44,514 bases of DNA from the NCBI GenBank assembly GCA_004431415.1, contig QPMI01000646.1, positions 1 to 44,514 of the forward strand, read 5' to 3'. The stretch comes from Cyanophora paradoxa CCMP329 (taxonomy: Eukaryota > Plantae > Glaucophyta). Shown one piece after another: positions 1-14,067 of the stretch. The first letter of the stretch is position 1. Each line of letters opens with the position of its first letter. Position numbers and translations under genes: made by a program. The notes under the pieces are model-generated. The model had not been told where the DNA came from and did no database searches. It was given only the letters and a program-made list of their open reading frames with translations.

Positions 1-1398
1 CCTAACCCTAACCCTAACCCTAACCCTAACCCTAACCCTAACCCTAACCCTAACCCTAACCCTAACCTAACCCTAACCCTAACCCTAACCCTAACCCTAA
101 CCCTAACCCTAACCCTAACCCTAACCCTAACCCTAACCCTAACCCTAACCCTAACCCTAACCCTAACCCTAACCCTAACCCTAACCCTAACCCTAACCCT
201 AACCCTAACCCTAACCCTAACCCTAACCCTAACCCTAACCCTAACCCTAACCCTAACCCTAACCCTAACCCTAACCCTAACCCTAACCCTAACCCTAACC
301 CTAACCCTAACCCTAACCCTAACCCTAACCCTAACCCTAACCCTAACCTAACCCTAACCCTAACCCTAACCCTAACCCTAACCCTAACCCTAACCCTAAC
401 CCTAACCCTAACCCTAACCCTAACCCTAACCCTAACCCTAACCCTAACCCTAACCCTAACCCTAACCCTAACCCTAACCCTAACCCTAACCCTAACCCTA
501 ACCCTAACCCTAACCCTAACCCTAACCCTAACCCTAACCCTAACCCTAACCCTAACCCTAACCCTAACCCTAACCCTAACCCTAACCCTAACCCTAACCC
601 TAACCCTAACCCTAACCCTAACCCTAACCCTAACCCTAACCCTAACCCTAACCCTAACCCTAACCCTAACCCTAACCCTAACCCTAACCCTAACCCTAAC
701 CCTAACCCTAACCCTAACCCTAACCCTAACCCTAACCCTAACCCTAACCCTAACCTAACCCTAACCCTAACCCTAACCCTAACCCTAACCCTAACCCTAA
801 CCCTAACCCTAACCCTAACCCTAACCCTAACCCTAACCCTAACCCTAACCCTAACCCTAACCCTAACCCTAACCCTAACCCTAACCCTAACCCTAACCCT
901 AACCCTAACCCTAACCCTAACCCTAACCCTAACCCTAACCCTAACCCTAACCCTAACCCTAACCCTAACCCTAACCCTAACCCTAACCCTAACCCTAACC
1001 CTAACCCTAACCCTAACCCTAACCTAACCCTAACCCTAACCCTAACCCTAACCCTAACCCTAACCCTAACCCTAACCCTAACCCTAACCCTAACCCTAAC
1101 CCTAACCCTAACCCTAACCCTAACCCTAACCCTAACCCTAACCCTAACCCTAACCCTAACCCTAACCCTAACCCTAACCCTAACCCTAACCCTAACCCTA
1201 ACCCTAACCCTAACCCTAACCCTAACCCTAACCCTAACCCTAACCCTAACCCTAACCCTAACCCTAACCCTAATAACCCTAACCCTAACCCTAACCCTAA
1301 CCCTAACCCTAACCCTAACCCTAACCCTAACCCTAACCCTAACCCTAACCCTAACCCTAACCCTAACCCTAACCCTAACCCTAACCCTAACCCTAACC

Positions 1399-1439
<41 letters not shown>

Positions 1440-4344
1440 CCCTAACCCTAACCCTAACCCTAACCCTAACCCTAACCCTAACCCTAACCCTAACCCTAAC
1501 CCTAACCCTAACCCTAACCCTAACCCTAACCCTAACCCTAACCCTAACCCTAACCCTAACCCTAACCCTAACCCTAACCCTAACCCTAACCCTAACCCTA
1601 ACCCTAACCCTAACCCTAACCCTAACCCTAACCCTAACCCTAACCCTAACCCTAACCCTAACCCTAACCCTAACCCTAACCCTAACCCTAACCCTAACCC
1701 TAACCCTAACCCTAACCCTAACCCTAACCCTAACCCTAACCCTAACCCTAACCCTAACCCTAACCCTAACCCTAACCCTAACCCTAACCCTAACCCTAAC
1801 CCTAACCCTAACCCTAACCCTAACCCTAACCCTAACCCTAACCCTAACCCTAACCCTAACCCTAACCCTAACCCTAACCCTAACCCTAACCCTAACCCTA
1901 ACCCTAACCCTAACCCTAACCTAACCCTAACCCTAACCCTAACCCTAACCCTAACCTAACCTAACCCTAACCCTAACCCTAACCCTAACCCTAACCCTAA
2001 CCCTAACCCTAACCCTAACCCTAACCCTAACCCTAACCCTAACCCTAACCCTAACCCTAACCCTAACCCTAACCCTAACCCTAACCCTAACCCTAACCCT
2101 AACCCTAACCCTAACCCTAACCCTAACCCTAACCCTAACCCTAACCCTAACCCTAACCCTAACCCTAACCCTAACCCTAACCCTAACCCTAACCCTAACC
2201 CTAACCCTAACCCTAACCCTAACCCTAACCCTAACCCTAACCCTAACCCTAACCCTAACCCTAACCCTAACCCTAACCCTAACCCTAACCCTAACCCTAA
2301 CCCTAACCCTAACCCTAACCCTAACCCTAACCCTAACCCTAACCCTAACCCTAACCCTAACCCTAACCCTAACCCTAACCCTAACCCTAACCCTAACCCT
2401 AACCCTAACCCTAACCCTAACCCTAACCCTAACCCTAACCCTAACCCTAACCCTAACCCTAACCCTAACCCTAACCCTAACCCTAACCCTAACCCTAACC
2501 CTAACCCTAACCCTAACCCTAACCCTAACCCTAACCCTAACCCTAACCCTAACCCTAACCCTAACCCTAACCCTAACCCTAACCCTAACCCTAACCCTAA
2601 CCCTAACCCTAACCCTAACCCTAACCCTAACCCTAACCCTAACCCTAACCCTAACCCTAACCCTAACCCTAACCCTAACCCTAACCCTAACCCTAACCCT
2701 AACCCTAACCCTAACCCTAACCCTAACCCTAACCCTAACCCTAACCCTAACCCTAACCCTAACCCTAACCCTAACCCTAACCCTAACCCTAACCCTAACC
2801 CTAACCCTAACCCTAACCCTAACCCTAACCCTAACCCTAACCCTAACCCTAACCCTAACCCTAACCCTAACCCTAACCCTAACCCTAACCCTAACCCTAA
2901 CCCTAACCCTAACCCTAACCCTAACCCTAACCCTAACCCTAACCCTAACCCTAACCCTAACCCTAACCCTAACCCTAACCCTAACCCTAACCCTAACCCT
3001 AACCCTAACCCTAACCCTAACCCTAACCCTAACCCTAACCCTAACCCTAACCCTAACCCTAACCCTAACCCTAACCCTAACCCTAACCCTAACCCTAACC
3101 CTAACCCTAACCCTAACCCTAACCCTAACCCTAACCCTAACCCTAACCCTAACCCTAACCCTAACCCTAACCCTAACCCTAACCCTAACCCTAACCCTAA
3201 CCCTAACCCTAACCCTAACCCTAACCCTAACCCTAACCCTAACCCTAACCCTAACCCTAACCCTAACCCTAACCCTAACCCTAACCCTAACCCTAACCCT
3301 AACCCTAACCCTAACCCTAACCCTAACCCTAACCCTAACCCTAACCCTAACCCTAACCCTAACCCTAACCCTAACCCTAACCCTAACCCTAACCCTAACC
3401 CTAACCCTAACCCTAACCCTAACCCTAACCCTAACCCTAACCCTAACCCTAACCCTAACCCTAACCCTAACCCTAACCCTAACCCTAACCCTAACCCTAA
3501 CCCTAACCCTAACCCTAACCCTAACCCTAACCCTAACCCTAACCCTAACCCTAACCCTAACCCTAACCCTAACCCTAACCCTAACCCTAACCCTAACCCT
3601 AACCCTAACCCTAACCCTAACCCTAACCCTAACCCTAACCCTAACCCTAACCCTAACCCTAACCCTAACCCTAACCCTAACCCTAACCCTAACCCTAACC
3701 CTAACCCTAACCCTAACCCTAACCCTAACCCTAACCCTAACCCTAACCCTAACCCTAACCCTAACCCTAACCCTAACCCTAACCCTAACCCTAACCCTAA
3801 CCCTAACCCTAACCCTAACCCTAACCCTAACCCTAACCCTAACCCTAACCCTAACCCTAACCCTAACCCTAACCCTAACCCTAACCCTAACCCTAACCCT
3901 AACCCTAACCCTAACCCTAACCCTAACCCTAACCCTAACCCTAACCCTAACCCTAACCCTAACCCTAACCCTAACCCTAACCCTAACCCTAACCCTAACC
4001 CTAACCCTAACCCTAACCCTAACCCTAACCCTAACCCTAACCCTAACCCTAACCCTAACCCTAACCCTAACCCTAACCCTAACCCTAACCCTAACCCTAA
4101 CCCTAACCCTAACCCTAACCCTAACCCTAACCCTAACCCTAACCCTAACCCTAACCCTAACCCTAACCCTAACCCTAACCCAACCTAACCCTAACCCTAA
4201 CCCTAACAACCCTAACCAACCTAACCCTAACCCTAACCCTAACCCTAACCCTAACCCTAACCCTAACCCTAACCCTAACCCTAACCCTAACCCTAACCCT
4301 AACCCTAACCCTAACCCTAACCCTAACCCTAACCCTAACCCTAA

Positions 4345-4380
<36 letters not shown>

Positions 4381-4538
4381 CCCTAACCCTAACCCTAACC
4401 CTAACCCTAACCCTAACCCTAACCCTAACCCTACCCCTAACCCTAACCCTAACCCTAACCCTAACCCTAACCCTAACCCTAACCCTAACCCTAACCCTAA
4501 CCCTAACCCTAACCCCAACCCTAACCCTAACCCTAACC

Positions 4539-4579
<41 letters not shown>

Positions 4580-5454
4580 CCCTAACCCTAACCCTAACCC
4601 TAACCCTAACCCTAACCCTAACCCTAACCCTAACCCTAACCCTAACCCTAACCTAACCCTAACCTAACCCTAACCCTAACCCTAACCCTAACCCTAACCC
4701 TAACCCTAACCCTAACCCTAACCCTAACCCTAACCCTAACCCTAACCCTAACCCTAACCCTAACCCTAACCCTAACCCTAACCCTAACCCTAACCTAACC
4801 CTAACCCTAACCCTAACCCTAACCTAACCCTAACCCTAACCCTAACCTAACCCTAACCCTAACCCTAACCCTAACCCTAACCCTAACCCTAACCCTAACC
4901 CTAACCCTAACCCTAACCCTAACCCTAACCCTAACCCTAACCCTAACCCTAACAACCCTAACCCTAACCCTAACCTAACCCTAACCCTAACCCTAACCCT
5001 AACCCTAACCCTAACCCTAACCTAACCCTAACCCTAACCTAACCCTAACCCTAACCCTAACCTACCTAACCCTAACCCTAACCCTAACCCTAACCCTAAC
5101 CCTAACCCTAACCCTAACCCTAACACCCTAACCCTAACCTAACCCTAACCCTACCAACCCTAACCCTAACCCTACCTAACCCTAACCTAACCCTAACCCT
5201 AACCCTAACCTAACCCTAACCCTAACCCTAACCCTAACCCTAACCCTAACCCTAACCCTAACCCTAACCCTAACCCTAACCCTAACCCTAACCTAACCCT
5301 AACCCTAACCCTAACCCTAACCCTAACCCTAACCCTAACCCTAACCCTAACCTAACCCTAACCCTACCCTAACCCTACCCCTAACCCTAACCCTAACCCT
5401 AACCCTAACCCTAACCCTAACCCTAACCCTAACCCTAACCCTAACCCTAACCTA

Positions 5455-5490
<36 letters not shown>

Positions 5491-5528
5491 CCCTAACCCT
5501 AACCCTAACCCTAACCCTAACCCTAACC

Positions 5529-5569
<41 letters not shown>

Positions 5570-5645
5570 CCCTAACCCTAACCCTAACCCTAACCCTAAC
5601 CCTAACCCTAACCCTAACCCTAACCCTAACCCTAACCCTAACCCT

Positions 5646-5677
<32 letters not shown>

Positions 5678-5714
5678 CCCTAACCCTAACCCTAACCTAA
5701 CCCTAACCCTAACC

Positions 5715-5755
<41 letters not shown>

Positions 5756-6238
5756 CCCTAACCCTAACCTAACCCTAACCCTAACCCTAACCCTAACCTA
5801 ACCCTAACCTAACCCTAACCCTAACCCTAACCTAACCTAACCCTAACCCTAACCCTAACCCTAACCCTAACCCTAACCCTAACCTAACCCTAACCCTAAC
5901 CCTAACCCTAACCCTAACCCTAACCCTAACCCTAACCCTAACCCTAACCTAACCCTAACCCTAACCCTAACCTAACCCTAACCCTAACCCTAACCCTAAC
6001 CCTAACCCTAACCCTAACCCTACCCTAACCCTAACCCTAACCCTAACCCTAACCTAACCCTAACCCTAACCCTAACCCTAACCCTAACCCTAACCCTAAC
6101 CCTAACCCTAACCCTAACCCTAACCCTAACCCTAACCCTAACCCTAACCCTAACCCTAACCATAACCCTAACCCTAACCCTAACCCTAACCCTAACCCTA
6201 ACCCTAACCCTAACCCTAACCCTAACCCTAACCTAACC

Positions 6239-6279
<41 letters not shown>

Positions 6280-7680
6280 CCCTAACCCTAACCCTAACCC
6301 TAACCCTAACCTAACCCTAACCCCTAACCCTAACCCTAACCCTAACCTAACCCTAACCCTAACCCTAACCCTAACCCTAACCCTAACCCTAACCCTAACC
6401 CTAACCCTAACCCTAACCCTAACCCTAACCCTAACCCTAACCTAACCCTAACCCTAACCCTAACCCTAACCCTAACCTAACCCTAACCCTAACCTAACCC
6501 TAACCCTAACCCTAACCTAACCCTAACCCTAACCCTAACCCTAACCCTAACCCTAACCCTAACCCTAACCCTAACCCTAACCCTAACCCTAACCTAACCC
6601 TAACCCTAACCCTAACCCTAACCCTAACCCTAACCTAACCCTAACCCTAACCCTAACCCTAACCCTAACCCTAACCCTAACCCTACCCTAACCCTAACCC
6701 TAACCCTAACCCTAACCCTAACCCTAACCCTAACCTAACCCTAACCCTAACCCTAACCCTAACCCTAACCCTAACCCTAACCCTAACCCTAACCTAACCC
6801 TAACCCTAACCTAACCCTAACCCTAACCCTAACCCTAACCCTAACCTAACCCTAACCCTACCCTAACCCTAACCCTAACCCTAACCCTAACCCTAACCCT
6901 AACCCTAACCCTAACCCTAACCCTAACCCTAACCCTAACCCTAACCCTAACCCTAACCCTAACCCTAACCCTAACCCTAACCCTAACCCTAACCCTAACC
7001 CTAACCCTAACCCTACCCCTAACCCTAACCCTAACCCTAACCCTAACCCTAACCCTAACCCTAACCTAACCCTAACCCTAACCCTAACCCTAACCTAACC
7101 CTAACCCTAACCCTAACCCTAACCCTAACCCTAACCCTAACCCTAACCCTAACCCTAACCCTAACCCTAACCCTAACCCTAACCCTAACCCTAACCCTAA
7201 CCCTAACCCTAACCCTAACCCTAACCCTAACCCTAACCCTAACCCTAACCCTAACCCTAACCCTAACCCTAACCCTAACCCTAACCCTAACCCTAACCCT
7301 AACCCTAACCTAACCCTAACCCTAACCCTAACCCTAACCCTACCCTAACCCTAACCCTAACCCTAACCCTAACCCTAACCCTAACCCTAACCCTAACCCT
7401 AACCTAACCCTCCCCCTACCCTACCCTACCCTCACCCTATCCCTAACCCTAACCCTAACCCTAACCCTAACCCTAACCCTAACCCTAACCCTAACCTAAC
7501 CCTAACCCTAACCCTAACCCTAACCCTAACCCTAACCCTAACCCTAACCCTAACCCTAACCCTACCCCTACCCCTACCCTACCCCTAACCCTCCCCTAAC
7601 CCTCCCCCTACCCCTACCCCTACCCCTACCCCTTTCCCTAACCCTAACCCTAACCCTAACCCCTCCTCCTGACCCTGACC
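1..7680 (+). repeat. Telomeric repeat array (CCCTAA)n = (TTAGGG)n, chromosome left end
   Basis: Continuous CCCTAA units from base 1 with scattered 1-nt indels; variant units (CCCTAC, CCCCTA, CCCTGA) cluster at about 7410-7680 next to unique sequence. Confidence 0.99.
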
Positions 7681-7781
7681 TGTGCTCTAAGGCTTCTGGT
7701 GGTTGTTGCGCTTCGACCGTCCGTTTCAGTGGCTTGAGCCCTCATAAAATTGTTTCAGCCTGAAGTTGATTCACAGGCTGA

Positions 7782-10700
7782 CTAACGACCTCTGCCTCGT
7801 GCCCTCCGGCCTTTGGAGAAGCCAGCCCCTCGCCGACGCCGTCCACTTCTCTGTTCTACAACCTTGATGTCAACTTTGAAGAAAATGAAAATGAAAATAA
7901 TGCACCTTCTGAAGGATCATAGTCTTCTGAAGTCTCATCTTCAGAAGATTGTGAATCATCATCGTTCACTTTTCGCTTTTTGCCACCATGCAAAGGATCT
8001 TCTTTGGCTGCAAGAGAATCTTTGTTTCTGACTTGGTCGACGACATCGTCATCTGATGACATGGCAAGCTCGAGCTTCATGGCAAGCTTAGCATCATCAC
8101 CCTGCCAGATCACCCTTCATTTATGCTGCTATACCTTCCATTGGCTTGCATTTGCTTACCTCTGATTCGTCATTGTCCTCTGTTAATGGAATCGGGCAGG
8201 GTGGTTCCAAATCGGGACGGAATCCAGTTGGACTGCAACACAGAGAAAGAGGGCAACCAATGAGGATAATAATGGAACCTGTTAATCCAGGTAGCTTTAA
8301 ATAATGGAACCTGTTAATCCAGGTAGCTTTGACCTGCTGGGACTTTCCAGGGTCACCAGTTGGAGAGCTGAGGTCAACCAACGCGCTACCCTTGAAACCT
8401 GATGGTCGCCCATCAGTTGGAAGTTGGAAAAACCAAGATTGGTTTCTTTATTTCATGGCGATCATAGGGCGATCATTAGGCAAACTTTCATCACCATGTT
8501 CAAGTTCCTGATGGCCGCCCCCTGTAGAGGAATGTCAGCTGATTGGTGCAACAAAAGCAAAAATAAGAACATCATGCATCATCAACCTGACGAAGGAGCC
8601 TCGAAAGCGTCAATCACTACGTAAAGGACCTCCGGGGGCAAAATCTCGGTCTCCTGCACACAAATAACATTAGCAATGAGCTAAGAAAACCTGCCTTTAG
8701 CCCTCGAACCTTCAATGTGACACCATCACCACAGGGTACTTCGATCCCTGACTCACGATAGAGTTTCATGCGACGTGGGTCTCGCCACTCCTAGAAATAT
8801 GTGAGAACCGAAACAATCGCTTCGTTTTCACATACTGGCAATGCTTGTGCAATCTTCTGCCGGAATTCCTCCACAGTCTCGAAGGAGCTCACTCCTGGCA
8901 CCTTGACCCGCCCTGAGGTGAAAGTTTGTGGACCAAACAAGCAATACAAAGAACAAAATACCATGCTGACGGCGTGGCCTGCTTGCAAGCATGACACCAT
9001 TTCCTCCTGTGGTTGAAGCACTCCCACTTGCATCACCAAGCAGATCATTCGTTTTGCGAAGCTCGTCATCGAGCGAAGAGCCCGGATAAACAGGCTGAAA
9101 AATAGCTCTTAGCAGCAAGGCAAGCATTTCGTGCACCAGTGATTTTACCTTCACGAGCATTTCCTTGTCAAAATAGGACAGTGCATCGTCTTTCTCCTTT
9201 CTCTCTCGCTTAGCAACACAGTCTAAGCAACAAGATGGGTGCTGCCGAACAGCTGCACACAAGATAGGGATGGTTAAAACACAGTTCAAATAATGCGTGT
9301 GAACGAAAAGGGCTTGCCAAAAGGAGCGTTTTTAGCGGGTTGGTCGCTGAACTGCGTCTCGACTTCCTCTTTCGGGCCTTCGTGTTCCAGCTGAAACGAT
9401 GGGCCAGGGGCACTCTGCGGGTTGACAGCAGAAATTGCTGACGACATGGTGGTTGCTCGAGTGCTCGCCCTTCTCGATTTTGTTGGAGACGGAGCACTAG
9501 CAGGGAGTGCACGTTTCCTCCCCGCAGGTTTGCCGGTGACAGCCTGTAAACACTGGACTTGCACTTTAATCTCGTTTGCTCCTGCGAGACCAGGATGCCT
9601 GGATCACGCCAGCCATCAGCTTACACACTGCAACATTTTAAAAATAAACACCTCTCTGCCAGGTATTCCCACTGCTTGACGGGGACAAACTGCAGCCCAT
9701 CTTTCAAGACCTCCTGGAGTTGAAATGGATCTCCGTACTTTGCCGGGCCAAAAGTCAGATGGAGAGATAGAGAAATGAGTGAAGGAGATGACGAAGGCAA
9801 GACCTTCTTAGTCCAGTTCAGATCGTACATCAATTGTCCATGTTCGCAAAGAAGACCATCAATTGTAAGTGGAGCAGGCTCGTCAGCCTGTGCACTATTG
9901 TAAATAATCACGTTTCAATACCACACCATAACTTGCTACCTGGGCATTCTGAATGTAGACCGCCCAGACCCTGAGCCATGATGTGGGGAGCACCCTGAAT
10001 TCACGCTCATCCCCAGCTTTCATCTGTGCTTGTGTTCGCCATGAAAAATACAAAGCTTGTGTCTTCACGCACATCTTCCAGACGAAGTGGCACGACCTTC
10101 CCTGCAGACACAGCACGGAACAAAGGATCCACAAAGCTCTGATTGCGAAGCAAATTCGTCAATGTGACCGTAAACAAAAAGGTGCCCTACGAGAGGCGCC
10201 CTACCCGCTCTATGGCCTCATCTCTCGACGAGTGTCAAGCTCCCCAGATGTTCTCTGTTCACACTCTGAACAGGTCAAACAGCCTGGCACTTGCCAGAAG
10301 AACTCGCTTGTAAGTGGATATATTTTTTTGATGAGTGACCATGCCTGCACTGCGATGAGAAGATAGATGCATGATTTTTGAAGTGTAAGATGACCTCCAT
10401 TGTGACCGTGGCAGTTGCTTGTCGTAGGGATTCCCGAAAGCCCTTTCTTTCACACAAGCAAAACAAGCCCTCGTTCATGTCAGCCGGAATCTTGGGATTT
10501 CGTGCTGTCTTCAGAGCTGCTAAGATCTTAGTATCTATCGGAGGCGTGATAATGAGAGAGTTAGCAAACCTCGGAAATACTTGGCAGGTATCAAGTATCC
10601 CGGTTCCGATGCTGTGTGACTGACACCAAGTGCCTCCTGTAGTTGCATTCTCAGAGCACCTAGTCCTGTTACGCTCCGCATGTCTGGCGCACTGGTTAAA

Positions 10701-13700
10701 AATTGAGGCATGTGGCCAGAGATGACGTTCTTGAAGCAGACCGTCTATTCTCTGAGAGATGCATTTCGGGCAGATTGAGGCGTTGTTTAAAGCGGGTATG
10801 TCACTCTTATAGCACGCTTCCCATTCCCGCCACACTACCTGCAATGGTGTGAGGAAGAGAGGCATGCATCTAGAGAATCAACTTGAAGGGACCGGATTAA
10901 CACGCTTCGCATCCACAGCTGCACAGATGGGGTCGAGGAAGTAGAGGCCTTCAGGAAAGGAAATTTCAGAATGAACAACCTGGAGACCAAAGGGTCAATT
11001 GTAATCGAACACCAAACGAGCACACTTGTTTACTTCCGCAGCTGCAGGAGCACTCTGCAATGCTGTGCTTTGTGGAAGGCCTTCTTCCACAACGCAAGAG
11101 GCCCCTTGGTTGCTAGCAGGTTCATCAACAATGATGGGCTCAGAATCGCTTCCAAGACCCCGAAGCGGTGGAGCCGGAGGAGCAGGGGCATCAATTGATG
11201 ATGTGACCGCTTGCTCTGCTCTGCGTTGCCGGCGAAGACTTGCGCCACCGCCACCAGGACTGTGTTCACAGGTGAGCTCATGGAGAGGTATCTTCTGAGC
11301 TACACTCTCTTCCCCAGCTATCCAAGTTCGCAACCATGCCGTGGGAACCCAGCATGCGTCATCCTGCAAAGCAGTTACACTAAAAAAACGAGAGGAAAGC
11401 ATCAAGCACAACCTCGGTGCCAACAGGAGCGAGACTCCACAGCCGCTGGTATTCATTCTTGCGTTTTTCAATTGCTGCTTCCACTTCAGATTTCGATCTA
11501 CGATACTCCTCGATTTGCTTCTCCAGATCCTGTTCATACGTGAGGACAGCCAGACACCTCACATCAAACAATTGCACGTACAAGATTGTGAGCGACAATC
11601 TCTTCGACAAGATGAGAAGGGGCGACAGGACTCTGATGAACTCGTCGATTTTCAAGGGTGTACACAAGCATATATGCTCCTGTCGACTCGCACCTGCACA
11701 AAAATAAGCCTTACGTATGGAAAAAGGAAAGGGCTGACGTTTTCTCTTTGCTGTGTTTGGGAGTCTTTTCCTTGTCGGAGCAGCGACTTGTTCCAGCTGT
11801 TTTCTTTGTGAAGCCTGCTTTGTCTGCTCTTGGTCGGCCTCTGCCTCTAGCTGGCTTTGGCTTCGGCACATCGATTGCGGCCCTCAAGTCCGCCTGAGCC
11901 TCATCGATAACGACCGTTTTTGCTGTGGCAGCAGAAGCCTCTTCGAGCTTGCTGTTGGATGGGTCCACACGAAATCCTTCCCCCTGGATATCGGTCACAG
12001 TCTCGTCATCAAACTTGTACCACTTGTTCGTTCTGTAAAAAGTTAACAAGAATGAGAACCGATCCGAAGCAGCACAAACCTCTCATCACGGATGTGAGCA
12101 ATGTAATGCCCACTTGTCGCACCAGCTCCAAGGTGGATGAGAACTGCAGTAAGCTTGTATGACACCGAACTGAAGAAAAGGTCAAAATCAAAACATTCAT
12201 AAAAAGAAGGCGCTGCACACTGTTCAGGGCGCTTGGCCAGAAACTGTGACATGTCAAGAATTTCAGGAAAGGCGAACTTATCAGTCAGCTTTTTGCGCTG
12301 CCAAGTCTTTGTGTCGTACACAAATCTGTCACAATTTTTGAAATATTAGTTTCAATTTATGGGCAGAACGTGGTGTTGAAAAAACCTCATCAGTTGGAAG
12401 TTGAGAACCTAAACAGCTGGAAGTTGGAAAAACAAGACAGGGCGACAAGCATTCATGAGAACACAAACCTCTGGGAGCTCCTCGAGTTTGATGGCCCGCC
12501 GAGCATCCTGCTTGCAACCACAGCACTCGCACAGGTACTGAGACCAGATAAGCACAATGTAAAGCTCAAAAATGAGAGATCGACTGCACCTGATTGTCCC
12601 CATCCAAGTGCTCATCGGCAAGGAAACTCTGCAGGCTTGCCTCAAGGTCCTCAAGATTCTGCAAGAAAGTGAGGAGGAAATTCCCCTTCAGCAATTCGTT
12701 TGAAGAACCTGAATGCTGAGATTTAACTCGTAGAACGACGTCTTTTCCCTTGAAGATGCTGACTGTGTGCCACATTTCAGGCACTGTGTTTCGTATCGAT
12801 AGAATCCTCTGAACTGCGAGCAGGTGTCTCAGTGATAGTCGGGCGTTTCGTCAAACAACAGCACACTTCTCGCTGAACAAGCTGGCGTATGCTCTCGTTC
12901 TCACTTTTCGCGAAACGTCTCTCCAACAATTGCAACAGCAGTTTGTTGAACCTTATTTGCAGTTAGAGAACCTCAACAACTACCAATACAGACCACGTGA
13001 GCTCACTCTTGCACGTCTTGCTGCACTCCAGTTGCTATGTTGAGCGCATCCGTGAATGGCTTTGGGTTGTACTCGTTGCTCCGAAGCTCCTGCAGATTTG
13101 CGAAAAGGCGCTGCAAGTGCTCGATGATAGCCACATCCTGGCTGGACTGCCCCCCTGAGCCACACTGGAATGAAGTCAGTCCAGCACATAGCTCCACTTC
13201 GGCAACAGCCCCGAAGACCTGTGCACTTGACCATTCGAAAACTCCCTGCCTGAAATTCGTATTCATAAACAAGGTCTGCCGTGCACACACATATCAGACT
13301 AAGGCCCCCGATAATGGATAACCGCACACCTGCAACAGGCTGTTCATGTAGCACGTCGCCCCAAGGTTCTTCAGTCCGCAGAACTCCCCCTCCTTCCGGA
13401 TGTGCCACTCGGGGCTTTTCTCCTCCAAAGTTTTCAGCTTTGGAGGAACTTTTGCCCAAACGCCCTTTCTTCGCTCGCCGAGCCCGTACAGGCAGTTCGA
13501 ATTCTCCTTGCAATTCTTCGTGCCTGAATTCGTGTCAAGAGACGCGCACCAGCCCCTCGGCGAGCGAGCAAGCGGCAGGCGCAAAAGATACATCCGTCGC
13601 TTTCTTTGCATGGGGGCGCGTCGAACTTGTAGATGCGCTTCGCGTACAGGCGAAGGCTTTCGTCGGACGAAACGATAGCGGTCACGTCCTGGTCAGGAAG

Positions 13701-13739
13701 CGGGTCGAAGGCTTCCTGCGTATCTTTTTTGCGACTCAT
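7782..13739 (-). CDS. USP48: Ubiquitin carboxyl-terminal hydrolase 48-like deubiquitinase (peptidase C19 with DUSP-like and UBL-like regions), multi-exon
   Basis: Exon translations: N-terminal CTKNCKENSNCLYGLGE, Cys box GLKNLGATCYMNSLLQ, QQDVQE, YLCECCGCKQDA, His box YKLTAVLIHLGAGATSGHYIAHI, WYKFDDETV, DUSP-like WVPTAWLRTW and LLCEHGQL, and GFKGSAL near the end. Many short GT-AG introns. Start (MSRKK, 13739) and stop (after GRGR, TAG at 7784-7782) are inferred from my own splicing. Confidence 0.85.
8270..8330. repeat. 31-bp tandem duplication inside a USP48 intron
   Basis: AATAATGGAACCTGTTAATCCAGGTAGCTTT occurs twice in tandem. Confidence 0.85.
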
Positions 13740-14067
13740 GTCGAGGTCCGCGCGCAGGACCGCGCTCCCCGCAAGATGCTTTTCAAGCTCCAACAGGTCC
13801 GGATCGAACGATGTACACGCGCTGCAGCTGCTCGAGATGCCGGCAAGGGCTACTGCGCGGCTAGACGGGTACACTGCGCACTGTCATCTGAAAATTAGCG
13901 AGTGCTGTCGTAGGCGCACTGCCAGCTGCGGCGCTAGCATAGCCGACTCTAGCTAGTTGGCAGCGCACTGCCAGCTGCGGCGCTTGCATAGCTAGAGACG
14001 CTAGCGTTGACTCGACTTTTTGGTCGCTTGGCAGATTGTCGCTTGGCAGTTGTCTAGAGTAGCTGAG

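Noticed and set aside
1951-4518. 855-aa GL/VR ORF
   Set aside because: Translation of the TTAGGG repeat; not a gene.
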